From NCBI RefSeq assembly GCF_964188315.1, contig NC_135667.1:26288001-26352000 (forward strand): DNA of 64,000 nt, read 5' to 3'. Below, piece after piece: positions 49,782 to 60,609 of the stretch. Every line of letters begins with the position of its first letter. The first letter of the stretch is position 1. The notes below the pieces were generated by a model. It had not been told where the DNA came from. It saw nothing but the letters and a program-made list of their open reading frames with translations, and ran no database searches. The DNA is from Podarcis muralis. Taxonomy: Eukaryota. The translations under genes were made by a program, and so were the position numbers.

Positions 49782-49995
49782 CCCGCCTTTCACTCCCCTT
49801 AAGGAGTCTCAAAGCGGCTAACATTCTCCTTTCCCTTCCTCCCCCACAACAAAACTCTGTGAGGTGAGTGACGCTGAGAGACTTCAGAGAAGTGTGACTA
49901 GCCCAAGGTCACCCAGCAGCTGTATGCAGAGGAGTGGGTAATCAAACACGGTTCACCAGATTACAAGTCTACCGCTCTTAACCACTACACCACAC
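49782..49995 (-). mobile_element. tRNA-derived MIR-like/L2-partner SINE, cut by the gap
   Basis: Minus strand ggtgtagtggttaagagcggtagacttgtaatctggtgaaccgtgtttga...gggtgaccttgggctagtcacacttctctgaagtctctcagc. Confidence 0.7.
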
Positions 49996-50364
49996 ACTCT
50001 CTCATTCTCTCTTAGGAATGATGACAACTGCAGTCCAACAACATCCAAAGGACAACAGACTCCTCATCCCTGCACTAGGTTGAGACTGCATTTCTTAGTG
50101 CAGAAAGTATTGATCTAAAGTGTAGAGATCTTTCCTATTCTAATTAGTTCAAGAGGGTTCTAGAAGCTTCTCTGTGTGAAAGAAACTTCATGATATTTGG
50201 GTTATTCCCTCAGAGAAGCTGAGTACAGCTGGTTTGAACTGGTTCTCTTCTCTCTTCTGTCAAGGTCATGCTGACTGTAAAACTAAGGCCCGAAGGAGCC
50301 TGGGTTTCACTTTCTCTTTCTATCTCTTTTCCTTCTGGTGTGGTGTTCTATACTGTACATAGTA

Positions 50365-50606
50365 CAGTGGTACTTCGGGTTACAGACGCTTCAGATTACA
50401 GACGCTTCAGGTTACAGACTCTGCTAAACTGGAAGCATTACCTCGTGTTAAGAACTTTGCTTCAGGATGAGAATAGAAATCGTGTGGCGGCGGTGCGGCA
50501 GCAGCAGGAGGCGCCATTAGCTAAAGTGGTACCTCAGGTTAAGAACAGTTTCAGGTTAAGAACGGACCTTCAGAATGAATTATGTTCTTAACCCGAGGTA
50601 CCACTG
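50365..50606. mobile_element. Tc1/mariner-type MITE, 242 bp
   Basis: TIRs cagtggtac(t)tcgggtta/taacccgaggtaccactg, preceded by TA. Confidence 0.8.
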
Positions 50607-52804
50607 TGTGCTTAGTGTGTTAAGGTTTACATTTATAAGTTATTGTAAGTTTAAGTTAAGTCTGCTGTAATTGGATTTCTTATGGACAGGGCCAATCCTG
50701 AATGTATTGGATTTGTGACCATTATGCTTATTTGCCTTCAGTAGCAGTAAAGCTCTGCAATTGCCTCTTGTCTATTTTTGGGGAAGCCTGCAACATGTTT
50801 AAGTTGTTACTCTGCTAACTATACATTGGAATCTACTCTGGATCAATATTGAGTAGAATTACATGACAGAAACACACAGTTGCAGTTGGAGCTGACCTAC
50901 ACAGAAGCAGCAGTCATGCCACAAAAGTAACAAAAGGGCCTAAATAAAAGATCAAAATCGATATTTTAGTGTGGCAGCACCAACACTTTGGAACTTCCTG
51001 CCTGTTGACATGAGACAGGCACCTTGACTGTAATCTATTTTGTGCCTGCTAAGAAACAATTTTGTTTAGACAAGCCTACCCAAACATCTAGGGTGTTGAT
51101 GTATGTCTTATCTGTTCTTAGTTTACTGCTGATTTCATTTTTTGAATATTTTCAATAGTTGATATTAATTGTTTTTCCTGATCGTTTTATTCTCTTTGTT
51201 AATGACTTTGAAGTTTGTCTTTACAATCAAGCAATGTATAACTTTTATTAAATAAATAAATTAAATCATAAAAAATACATCCTATATTAAATTGCCTATA
51301 AAGTTTTTCTCTCCTTTTATAAACATCAGCAGCTATTCATTAGGTCTGTGCATACGGCCCGCAAAGACCCACAATCCTGAACTGAATCAGGACAATCTGG
51401 GAAAGTGAATCAAGGCTTGCCCCAGGGACTGGTGGACTTCGGATTCCAAATTTCAGCAGCCAGCTCATGGGGGCCAAGGTCCCTTCAGCCTCCCCAATAA
51501 AATATTTGAGGCCTCCAAAAAATGTTGATAGGTATTGCCATTTAAATGGTGTGAGTGTGCCATGCCATGTGATCAATGATGTGGGGCAGGATTTATCTGC
51601 CCCCCCCCCCAATATTTTATTCAAGTTGGTATCCTTGGCAGCACCTATGTGACAACCATAGGGTACAAGCATGGACAATGTATATAGCAGTCCAGAATGA
51701 ATACTCAGTAAATAGCTGATGTTGCCTAACCTGGCCACATATTTTGTACAAAGAAGTCAGGATGAATGCTCCATAAACAGGTCATCTAGAAGTGACCTTA
51801 TAAGCAAGCTGAACCACCTAAATCCTTACTTTCTTATTTCAAAATATTTCTTATAATCTCCATGTCTGGGAGAGTATATGTGTGTGTATATAATGACTAC
51901 ATTGGTCATTATAACTCTTTGAAAGAGCAACAGGGAGTGATTTTCATGAATGACTTAGACCAGGCTTGGTTTCACCAATGATTTCACATTGGCCCAATGT
52001 GATATATAAGGCAAAGTCAGTAAGAAGTACAATGGAAGCAGGGAAGAACTTTAATTCCCTTCCTTCAACAACTGCCAGTCTGGATAGGCCAGTCAGGCCA
52101 GAGCTATCAAGTAAGCTGTCACCACACCTGCTTAGCACCCTCTGCCCCCAGATAGGGGTGATTTTCCCAAGATAGGGAGGACACAAGGTAGGTAATGAGC
52201 GGGGAAGACCTAACCTTCCAGGCTGTACTCTGAGCCCAATGTGGCTTTCTTTTCTTCATCATTCCCCAATTAAAACACTAATAGCATGACTCCGAAATGG
52301 TTTAGACACATTAGAAGTTTGGTGGAAATAGACAAAGGAACTGAAAATAAGAAAAACAAAATATCGCTATGTGATATCAGGAAAGAAACACTCCTAACAA
52401 TGGGATGGGTTCACATCCAAGTGCTGTTGCTGGTTTCCATTTTGTTTGTATGAATCACTCAATGTGATATGCAAAAATTAAAAGCAAATATTATAAGTCA
52501 ATATTAAGCAAAGGGGGAAAAAGAAACACTAACAGTGCACTTCAGTACATTTCTGCTCAGAAGTAAATTCCCTTGAGATCAAAAAGGCTCACGTTCAGGT
52601 AGGTGGATAAAGGATTGAAGCAAACAAATCATGCACTAAAGTGGTGACATGCAGCAAACCAGCAAATGTGTATAGAGACCTGTGCATGTCCGTACAATCG
52701 TATGTCCCTTCAAGCAAAGGATTTTAAAAGAACTGTCACAATGAATAACCTTAATAACGCATGTGGCCACTCCAACTGTCATTCATTGTGATCTGTTTTG
52801 GAGC

Positions 52805-52985
52805 ACAGCTCCCAGAGGGAAGAATATGGGAGAATAAAACATGGCCATTGTGGCTGGTGAAGAGGCAATTACATTGCAAGCAGCCTAAGATCCCTGCCTT
52901 CTATCAGTGTGGCTGAAAAATCACTAGTGCCACTGGTGAGTCAAGAGCAGAGAGCTGGGTGTGACCTTCCAGGTATTCCGTAAGT
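52805..52985 (+). promoter_or_regulatory. Putative promoter / 5'UTR exon of OR-3 (paralogue 61585-61751)
   Basis: TCCC-N3-GGGA O/E-like inverted repeat (52810-52820; 61590-61600) and GTAAGT donor (52980; 61746) kept in both copies. Confidence 0.4.
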
Positions 52986-53640
52986 ACGAGATTATTTTCT
53001 TTTGAAGGCTTTGGCATGTTTCATTCTTAGTACACTCCTCATGATTGATACTAAATTATTTCTTGGACAATAATTTTTCAAGTTTGATGCATTTCTTAAG
53101 GAACAATCCTACCAAAGGTTGGCACTTATAAATCCTATTTTTAATAAAGAAAATGATGATTATATGAATTGCGTTTTCAGTGAAATCGTTCAATGATTAT
53201 TAAAATAAAACTTCCCCATATTAAGAAGACATGGAAGCTATAGGCATAATTTATTATAAGATCACTTTTAAATCCTATTGATTTCAGTTAAATACTTTAT
53301 TCTATTCTAGCACTGAAAACTGATGTAGCCAGATCACCTATTTATAATATAAAATTTACATGAGATAACAGTAGTTAAAAACATGTCATCTACTTATATT
53401 CCACTCATTCTTCAAAGAGTTCATGAAAGCTTAAATATAATGCATAGAAGGTATAATATTAAGACAATGCTAGAAACAGAACGGAGTAACTTCTGTTTTA
53501 GAACTATGCTATGTGACTTTGGATCATTCCCTGATCTGCTAGGCACTCTTATAACAGAGTTCCATATATACACTATATAAAAAGATTTTGTAGAACCAAT
53601 CATATCCTAAATTCATGTTCAAGTATGTTCTTTTTCCAGG

Positions 53641-54594
53641 ATGCAGAACAGAAAAGAACACATTCTACAAAACAGTACAACACCAGCTCAATTCATCCTC
53701 CTGGGTCTTTCTGATGATCCAAACCTGCAAAGTGCATTATTCTTCACTTTCCTGGCACTTTATATCATCACTCTGACAGGAAACCTTCTCATCATTCTTC
53801 TGACATTGGTTGACTCTGCCCTCCACACTCCCATGTATTTCTTCCTAAGAAACCTGTCTTTTCTGGAGATCTGCTACACATCAGTCAATGTCCCTAAGAT
53901 GCTGTCAAACCTCCATTCTGGAAATAAATCCATCTCCTTCATCGGATGTGCTCTGCAGACCTACTTTGATTTCTTCCTTGGTGGGTCAGAATGTTTCCTC
54001 TTGACCTCAATGGCCTATGATCGATATGTAGCCATTTGTAAGCCCTTACACTACCACGTCCTGATGAGCCAAAAAGTTTATATTACTTTAGCTGTGGCAT
54101 CTTGGTTAAGTGGGTTTCTGATGTCCTTTGGTCACACAAGCATGGTGTTTACTGTCTCCTACTGTGGCTCAAATGTGATAAACCACTTTGTCTGTGACAT
54201 CCCTCCTTTGCTGAAATTGGCTTGTGGGGACACCTCAAGGGTTGAAATTGCAGTCTTTGTGGTGGCTATGATTTTTGTGACTTTTCCTTTTATCCTGATC
54301 TTGATGTCTTATGCGGGCATTATAACCACCATTGTGAAGATCTCGTCCTCTGAAGGTCGGAAGAAGACCTTCTCCACCTGCTCTTCACACCTCATTGTGG
54401 TGACCTTGTTCTATGGTTCTGCTTGTATTACATATTTGAAGCCCAATTCCACTTACTCACCAAACACTGACAAATTTCTCTCCCTTTTCTATACGGTTAT
54501 CGGTCCCATTTTGAACCCCCTCATATACAGCTTGAGGAATAAAGAGGTAAAGGGTGCCTTTAAAAGAATTTGGGATAGAAGACCTTTTGGGTGA
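53641..54594 (+). CDS. Olfactory receptor OR-3 (class II, family-10-like), 317 aa
   Basis: LHTPMYFFL, MAYDRYVAIC, STCSSHL, PILNPLIYSLRNKEV; NST sequon; tttttccag|G ATG. Confidence 0.95.
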   Translation: MQNRKEHILQNSTTPAQFILLGLSDDPNLQSALFFTFLALYIITLTGNLLIILLTLVDSALHTPMYFFLRNLSFLEICYTSVNVPKMLSNLHSGNKSISFIGCALQTYFDFFLGGSECFLLTSMAYDRYVAICKPLHYHVLMSQKVYITLAVASWLSGFLMSFGHTSMVFTVSYCGSNVINHFVCDIPPLLKLACGDTSRVEIAVFVVAMIFVTFPFILILMSYAGIITTIVKISSSEGRKKTFSTCSSHLIVVTLFYGSACITYLKPNSTYSPNTDKFLSLFYTVIGPILNPLIYSLRNKEVKGAFKRIWDRRPFG

Positions 54595-54936
54595 TAAAAA
54601 TGAACTGACATATTGTGGGAGTTCCAAAATAGGTAGGGACTTGCACTACTAATTTCTGAAAGCATTAGCTTGGATCCAGAATGATTTAGTAGACCTGTGG
54701 TCCCCTTAAAATTAATGGGATTAAGTTAATTATGCTTTAATATATGACCCTTGATTTAAATGGGAATTTAATTCATCTGACCATGCGTGTATCTACCTAA
54801 CAACTTAAGCAGTGGGATAATTTATAGTAAACAAATTTGTGTGAGGAAAGATTGTGGTTCCCTCCTAGTGAAATCTCCAAAAATCCCGCAAAAGATATCT
54901 CAGCGAGGGTTGAAGATTCCTCCTAAATAATTTGTA

Positions 54937-55178
54937 CAGTGGTACCTCGGGTTACATACACTTCAGGTTACATACACTTCAGGTTACAGACTCCGCTAAC
55001 CCAGAAATAGTAACTCGGGTTAAGAACTTTGCTTCAGGATGAGAAAAGAAATCGTGCTCTAGCGGTGCGGCGGCAGCAGGAGGTCCCATTAGCTAAAGTG
55101 GTGCTTCAGGTTAAGAACAGTTTCAGGTTAAGTACGGACCTCCGGAACGAATTAAGTACTTAACCCAAGGTACCACTG
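54937..55178. mobile_element. Tc1/mariner-type MITE, 242 bp (second copy)
   Basis: Same TIRs, TA TSD on both sides; empty site in the OR-4 paralogue near 63550. Confidence 0.85.
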
Positions 55179-55907
55179 TATTGGGGAATGGATGGAAAAC
55201 TATGGGGGGAAGTAGGAATCATCCTTGATTAAGCTTGGAACCTAATATAACTTAATGTGAAGGTCATTCTCTGACAGAAAATTTCCTGTCCCTTCATCCC
55301 CCACATGCTTTGTTTGGAAAAGGTCCCATGTTCAGTCCTGGCAGGGCTGGGAAAGATTTTTTCCCCTGAAACTCTGGGGAACTTCTGCCAAGCTGCATTC
55401 AGAGGTGGGGTTTATTGCATGAGTTTTTACGGTTATAATGCTAGTGCTTCTGTCCCAATTTCTAACATTGCTTTTGCACTGCAATAGCAGCTGCATTCCA
55501 GAACTGTGGGTTTTTTTTATTTAAAAAATTGCTAAAATGCTGAACTACATTTTAACTGCCAGGAAAGAATTATATGCAGGGATACTGCCCACATTTTGTC
55601 ACATTAACTCACAATGCAATAATTCCCTCTCTTTGGACTTCTCCTAGCATGCTTCTGTTCCAGAGGTGTTTTCATTTGTCTATTTCAGCCAGTACAAAGA
55701 ACCCCAAATCCACCTTTCTTCTGCATTGATTTCCAAAATTTGCAGAGACTAAATTAGCATTGATTGACGTCTCCCTGGTTACTGACTGCCTTGTGATTGT
55801 CTGGACAATATAATTCAAGACCTACCTGGATCAAACTTCTTGGAATTGAACTGTTGCCATATAGCCCATTGTCTCTCACCATCCCTCATATTACTTGACC
55901 ATCATAG

Positions 55908-58900
55908 ATAGATAGATAGATAGATAAATTTATTGTCATTGTCCGTATATACACTGTATACACAACAACGAAAATCAAACACCCACCCAAAGACCGGGTT
56001 CACATACACATTTGCACGTATCTCCATCACTCTCATCCTATTCAGACATAATCTATAAAAACATAACATAATCCAGAATATAACATAACCTATTAAAGGC
56101 ATAACATAACCTAAAACCTATCTCATTCCTTCCTACTCCCTGCTTGCTATTCCTTGCAGCTGGCCCTGAGATCATTATTTAGTGCAATCAGAGCTCTTGG
56201 ATAGAAACTATTCAGAAGGCGTGTGGTTCGTGTTTTCATTGTCCTATATCTTCTGCCCGAAGGCAACAGTTCAAAGAAGTTGTGAGCAGGATGGGTGGGA
56301 TCTCTCAGGATATTGTGTGACTTCTTCAAAGTGCGAGACGTGAAGATCTCATCCAGGGTTGGTAGTTGGAGCCCAATAAAATTCTGGGCAATTTTAATTA
56401 TTCTCTGTAAAGCTTTTTTATCCGTTTCAGAGCTGCTCCCATACCACGATAATATACTATAGGTTAAGACACTCTCGATGGTACTGTGATAATAGGACAG
56501 AAGTAGGTGCTGAGATAGATTCAGTCCCCTGAGCATTCTCAGGAAATACAACCTCCCCTGCACCTTCCTCACAACCATATTAATATTTGCAGTCCATGAG
56601 AGGTCCTCAGAGATATAAATGCCCAGGTATTTAAAACTACCAACCCTCTCCACCTCCTCGCCATTTATGTGCAATGGTAAAAATACACTTTTCTTTCTCC
56701 TAAAGTCAATTATGAGTTCTTTGGTTTTTTTGGTGTTAAGCATAAGATTGTTTTCTTTACACCATTGAATTAACCCCTGTACTTCTTTCCTATAAGCAGT
56801 CTCATCGTTCTCACTAATGAGCCCCACCACTGTTGTATCATCCGCAAATTTGATGATTGTGTTGGACTTATACAGTGGGGTGCAATCAAATGTGTACAGG
56901 GAATAGAGAAATGGGCTTAGCACACATCCCTGAGGGGCTCCTGTGCTTAATACTAGAGTAGAAGAATAGTAAGGTCCCATTCTCACTGTCTGCGGCCTAT
57001 CAGTCAGGAAATTCCTTACCCACAGACAGATCTTCTGATGTATACCCAAATTGGTCATTTTAAGAAATAACCTGTCTGGCAGAATTGTATTGAAGGCAGA
57101 ACTGTAGTCCACAAACAACAGCCTTGCGTAGGTTCCCTGTCGTTCTAGATGACTCAGTACAGTATGGACAGCGATGGAAATAGCATCATCAGTAGATCTG
57201 TTTCTTCTGTATGCAAACTGGAACGGGTCTAGAGTGGATGGAAGACCAGCCTTAATATGATCTAGCACCAATCTCTCAAAACATTTCATAACAACAGATG
57301 TTAGGGCTATTGGTCTATAGTCATTGAGAGATACCACCACTGACTGCTTGGGAACTGGCACTATAATCGATGTCTTCAGGCAGGTAGGGACAGAACCCTG
57401 CAACAGGGATAGGTTAAAAATGTCCGTAAATACACCAGCTAATTCTGCAGCGCAGTCCCTAATAACCCGTCCCATGATTCCATCCGGTCCAGCTGCCTTC
57501 CTAATGTTAATGCTCCGAAAGGCACGTTGTACGTCACAGGTCTGTAATAAAAATGGTTGTCTATCAGTAGTAGTTTCTGATGATGTGCTGGTAGCCAATG
57601 CTGTAGTGACGGTAGTTCCAGTTCCCTCCTCAAAGCGACTAAAAAATTGATTCAGTTGATCAGCCAGGTGCGCACTGCTGCTAGCCAGTTCGTTTTTAAT
57701 ATTTTGCCCTGTAATTTGTCGCAGGCCTTGCCATACTCGACGAGGGTCGGAGCTCTCAAAATGTTTTTCGATCCTCCGGCAGTACATAGCTTTGGCGTTC
57801 CTAATGCCCTTTTTCAATTTGGCTCTGGCTTCTCTATACTGTTGCGCATCACCAGAGTGAAAAGCAGCATTTCTTGCCTTTAACAGAAGATACACATCCC
57901 TGTTTAGCCAGGGCTTGTTGTTAGGGAACACCCGTATTTGTTTGGTGGTAGTGACAACATCAATGCAGCTTTTAACGTAAAACAGTACTGTTGAAGCGTA
58001 TGTGTCCACATTATTCTCCACAAAAAGCGACCACTCGGTGCTCCGAAAGCAATCTTGAAGTTGCTCAGATGCACCTACTGGCCACACTCGTATCTCTCTA
58101 GTTGATGGTCTAATTCTGCGTACGAGAGGTCTATATGATGGTATCATAAGTAAAGATATGTGGTCTGACTGCCCCAAATTGGGCAAGGGCTTGGTCTTGT
58201 ATCCATGCATGATGTTACTATATACTTGGTCCAGGGTATTTCCCCCCCTAGTGGGACAATCAACATATTGGTGGAACTTAGGGAGCACAGTCCTTAAATC
58301 GGCTCGGTTAAAATCACCAGCAACCACAAATGCTCCATCCGGGTGGGCCCGCTGCTGTCTGCTAATAGCAGTTAGCAGGTGGCCCATAGCTGTAGTAGTG
58401 TTTGCATCGGGAGGTATATACACCGCTGTTATTATAACAACATTAAACTCACGTGGCAAATAAAAAGGGCGGCACTTCACCACTAGGTACTCCAAGTCAG
58501 GAGAGCAATGCGTGTCCATTTGTTTAATGTCCGAGCTCCAGTTGTTATTTATATAAACGCAAATTCCTCCTCCTCTGCTCTTCCCGGATTCGGCGGTTCT
58601 ATCCGCTCTAATTACTGAGCGTCCTTCTAGCTGCAGAAGTCCCTGTGGAAAGGAGGGATCCAGCCACGTCTCTAGAAGGACCATAACACAGCAGTCCCGG
58701 ATACTTTTCTGCCGAGAGGTAATAAGTTCCAACTCCTCTACCTTGTTGGGTAAGGATCTCACATTTGATACAAGGAGACTTGGCAATGCAGGCTTGTGGG
58801 GATTTTTACCTAGCCTCACTCGTAGTCCAGCCCTGCAACCCCTCTTCTGCTTGCGCCCTCTCCGTTTTCTTTTCTTTCTGGCAAGGAGAGCAAGGGGAGT

Positions 58901-59155
58901 ATCCCAAGAATGTGCAAGATATGGAGGCTCTCTGATAAGCTCAGCTGGAATGTTATAGGTTGAGACCTCCTGGCTGCAACCTTCTCCTCTGCCGATACTT
59001 AAGAGCTCTTGACGACTATAAATTACTTGTGCCTGAGTATTCACAGTCCATAGCAGCAATAAGTTCACAAATAAAAATAAAACACAAATCACTGAATACC
59101 GGTCTTCGGAGTGCCGAGCCGCTGCAAGTGCTTGCGCCGCCATCTTGCTCCTCCA
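55908..59155 (-). mobile_element. Apparently full-length non-LTR retrotransposon, Rex1/Babar-type LINE
   Basis: Single long APE-RT ORF. 3' end ...ACAATGACAATAAA followed by a (TCTA)n tail. 5' end GGAGGAGCAAGATGGCGG. Candidate 5-bp TSD catag at 55903-55907 and 59156-59160. Confidence 0.85.
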
Positions 59156-59158
59156 CAT
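56147..59158 (-). CDS. LINE ORF: apurinic endonuclease + reverse transcriptase (1003 aa; 998 aa from the more likely Met at 59143)
   Basis: APE motifs SNVRS, LETW, GDFN, DQVY, SDH; RT motifs QFAYR, DYSSAFNTI, GAPQGCVLSP, KFADD; C-terminal LLPSGRRYR...RLLNSFYP typical of Rex1/Babar; no stops or frameshifts. Confidence 0.92.
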   Translation of the reverse strand: MWRSKMAAQALAAARHSEDRYSVICVLFLFVNLLLLWTVNTQAQVIYSRQELLSIGRGEGCSQEVSTYNIPAELIREPPYLAHSWDTPLALLARKKRKRRGRKQKRGCRAGLRVRLGKNPHKPALPSLLVSNVRSLPNKVEELELITSRQKSIRDCCVMVLLETWLDPSFPQGLLQLEGRSVIRADRTAESGKSRGGGICVYINNNWSSDIKQMDTHCSPDLEYLVVKCRPFYLPREFNVVIITAVYIPPDANTTTAMGHLLTAISRQQRAHPDGAFVVAGDFNRADLRTVLPKFHQYVDCPTRGGNTLDQVYSNIMHGYKTKPLPNLGQSDHISLLMIPSYRPLVRRIRPSTREIRVWPVGASEQLQDCFRSTEWSLFVENNVDTYASTVLFYVKSCIDVVTTTKQIRVFPNNKPWLNRDVYLLLKARNAAFHSGDAQQYREARAKLKKGIRNAKAMYCRRIEKHFESSDPRRVWQGLRQITGQNIKNELASSSAHLADQLNQFFSRFEEGTGTTVTTALATSTSSETTTDRQPFLLQTCDVQRAFRSINIRKAAGPDGIMGRVIRDCAAELAGVFTDIFNLSLLQGSVPTCLKTSIIVPVPKQSVVVSLNDYRPIALTSVVMKCFERLVLDHIKAGLPSTLDPFQFAYRRNRSTDDAISIAVHTVLSHLERQGTYARLLFVDYSSAFNTILPDRLFLKMTNLGIHQKICLWVRNFLTDRPQTVRMGPYYSSTLVLSTGAPQGCVLSPFLYSLYTFDCTPLYKSNTIIKFADDTTVVGLISENDETAYRKEVQGLIQWCKENNLMLNTKKTKELIIDFRRKKSVFLPLHINGEEVERVGSFKYLGIYISEDLSWTANINMVVRKVQGRLYFLRMLRGLNLSQHLLLSYYHSTIESVLTYSILSWYGSSSETDKKALQRIIKIAQNFIGLQLPTLDEIFTSRTLKKSHNILRDPTHPAHNFFELLPSGRRYRTMKTRTTRLLNSFYPRALIALNNDLRASCKE

Positions 59159-59559
59159 AGACCCTCCACATTTCCCTTTTTTACAGGGATAGCCCTGGAT
59201 TTACAGAAGCTGTCTCAGTTTTTGATTCAATCTCAGAATATCCCACTTTTTCTTAGGATGTCCCTATTTTCATTGGAGAACTTTTGGAGGTATGGAGTTA
59301 GGCAAACCCTGAGCCAAGGAGATAAGTAACTATACAGCCTTTGAAGGCAACCTTGAATAGGGAAGGTTTATTTAAATGATTAATGTTTTATTATGTTTTT
59401 ATATATGTTTGAAGCCACACAGAGTGGAAGGGGCAAGCCTGTTAGATGGGCAGGGGATTGATAATAACAATAACAATAATAACAGGGTGTCCTTGTTTTC
59501 ATTGGAGACATGTTGGAAGGTCTGCAATCAATGCTGCTACTTTCCACAGAATTAGACCC

Positions 59560-59660
59560 AAAGGCTGATTGTAAATAGCTGCAGTAAGATAGCTCCTGCA
59601 GGAGGTTGAACCAGTTGACCAGTTGAACCTGGGTCCCTTCCAACTCTACAATTCTATGAT
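59560..59660 (+). mobile_element. CR1 3' tail fragment (another at about 61380-61442)
   Basis: gggtcccttccaactctacaattctatga, the squamate CR1 terminal motif. Confidence 0.6.
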
Positions 59661-60250
59661 AGTATTATAGGAAGACATGGGATAACTTGTGGGCTCATTT
59701 CTGTTGTTGTTATTGTTCAACTACCATTTGTCCTCTTCCTTTCTGCTTAGTTCTTAATAAACTTCATAAAAATGACTGTGTGAGTTATTGTGTGTATTGC
59801 TGCCAGATCCAAAGGGAATTTTTCCCTTATGTGTCTACAACATTTTGGAGTCATGCTACATGTGATAAGATTGGAGTCTGCCAAAGAAGAGAAAGCTACA
59901 TTGGGGTCAGAGAAGATCCAGGAAGGCTAGGTGCCCTCTGTGTCTCCCCTCCTCATTACCTGCTTTGGATCCTCTGAAATCACCCATTTGGCTGCAGAGT
60001 ATATTAAGCAGATGGGGGATGGGCAGCTTACTTGCTAGTTCTGGGATAGCTGACCTACACCCAGACTGACAGCAGTGGAAGGAAGGGAAAATTTCTCCAC
60101 CCCTCCTTTCACTGTACATTTTACGAACTTTGTTTTGTATACCAAATGGTGGTAACTACAACTTTTATTGGTGAAACCAAGCCTGGTCTTAATCATTCAG
60201 GAAAATCACCCCAGTAGCACTTTCAAAGACTTATAATTGCCAAAGTAGAA

Positions 60251-60609
60251 NNNNNNNNNNNNNNNNNNNNNNNNNNNNNNNNNNNNNNNNNNNNNNNNNN
60301 NNNNNNNNNNNNNNNNNNNNNNNNNNNNNNNNNNNNNNNNNNNNNNNNNNNNNNNNNNNNNNNNNNNNNNNNNNNNNNNNNNNNNNNNNNNNNNNNNNNN
60401 NNNNNNNNNNNNNNNNNNNNNNNNNNNNNNNNNNNNNNNNNNNNNNNNNNNNNNNNNNNNNNNNNNNNNNNNNNNNNNNNNNNNNNNNNNNNNNNNNNNN
60501 NNNNNNNNNNNNNNNNNNNNNNNNNNNNNNNNNNNNNNNNNNNNNNNNNNNNNNNNNNNNNNNNNNNNNNNNNNNNNNNNNNNNNNNNNNNNNNNNNNNN
60601 NNNNNNNNN
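60251..60609. other. Assembly gap (359 N)
   Basis: Run of N. Confidence 0.99.

Larger units (their letters stand above)
52740..55600 (+). repeat. Tandem segmental duplication unit containing OR-3 (partner 61545..64000+ containing OR-4)
   Basis: Colinear high-identity match of upstream, CDS and downstream sequence; partner runs off the window end. Confidence 0.85.

Noticed and set aside
49560-49867. ORFs containing X runs
   Set aside because: Artefacts of the N gap
50365-50420. Short direct repeats (caggttacagacgctt) resembling a repeat-spacer array
   Set aside because: Internal tandem motif of the mariner-type MITE; no unique spacers, eukaryotic context, not CRISPR
57324-58958. Plus-strand ORFs over the LINE
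   Set aside because: Antisense shadows of the APE-RT ORF
59156-59158. First ATG of the 1003-aa ORF as the LINE start
   Set aside because: It lies in the candidate TSD/flank (catag); the Met at 59143 is more plausible
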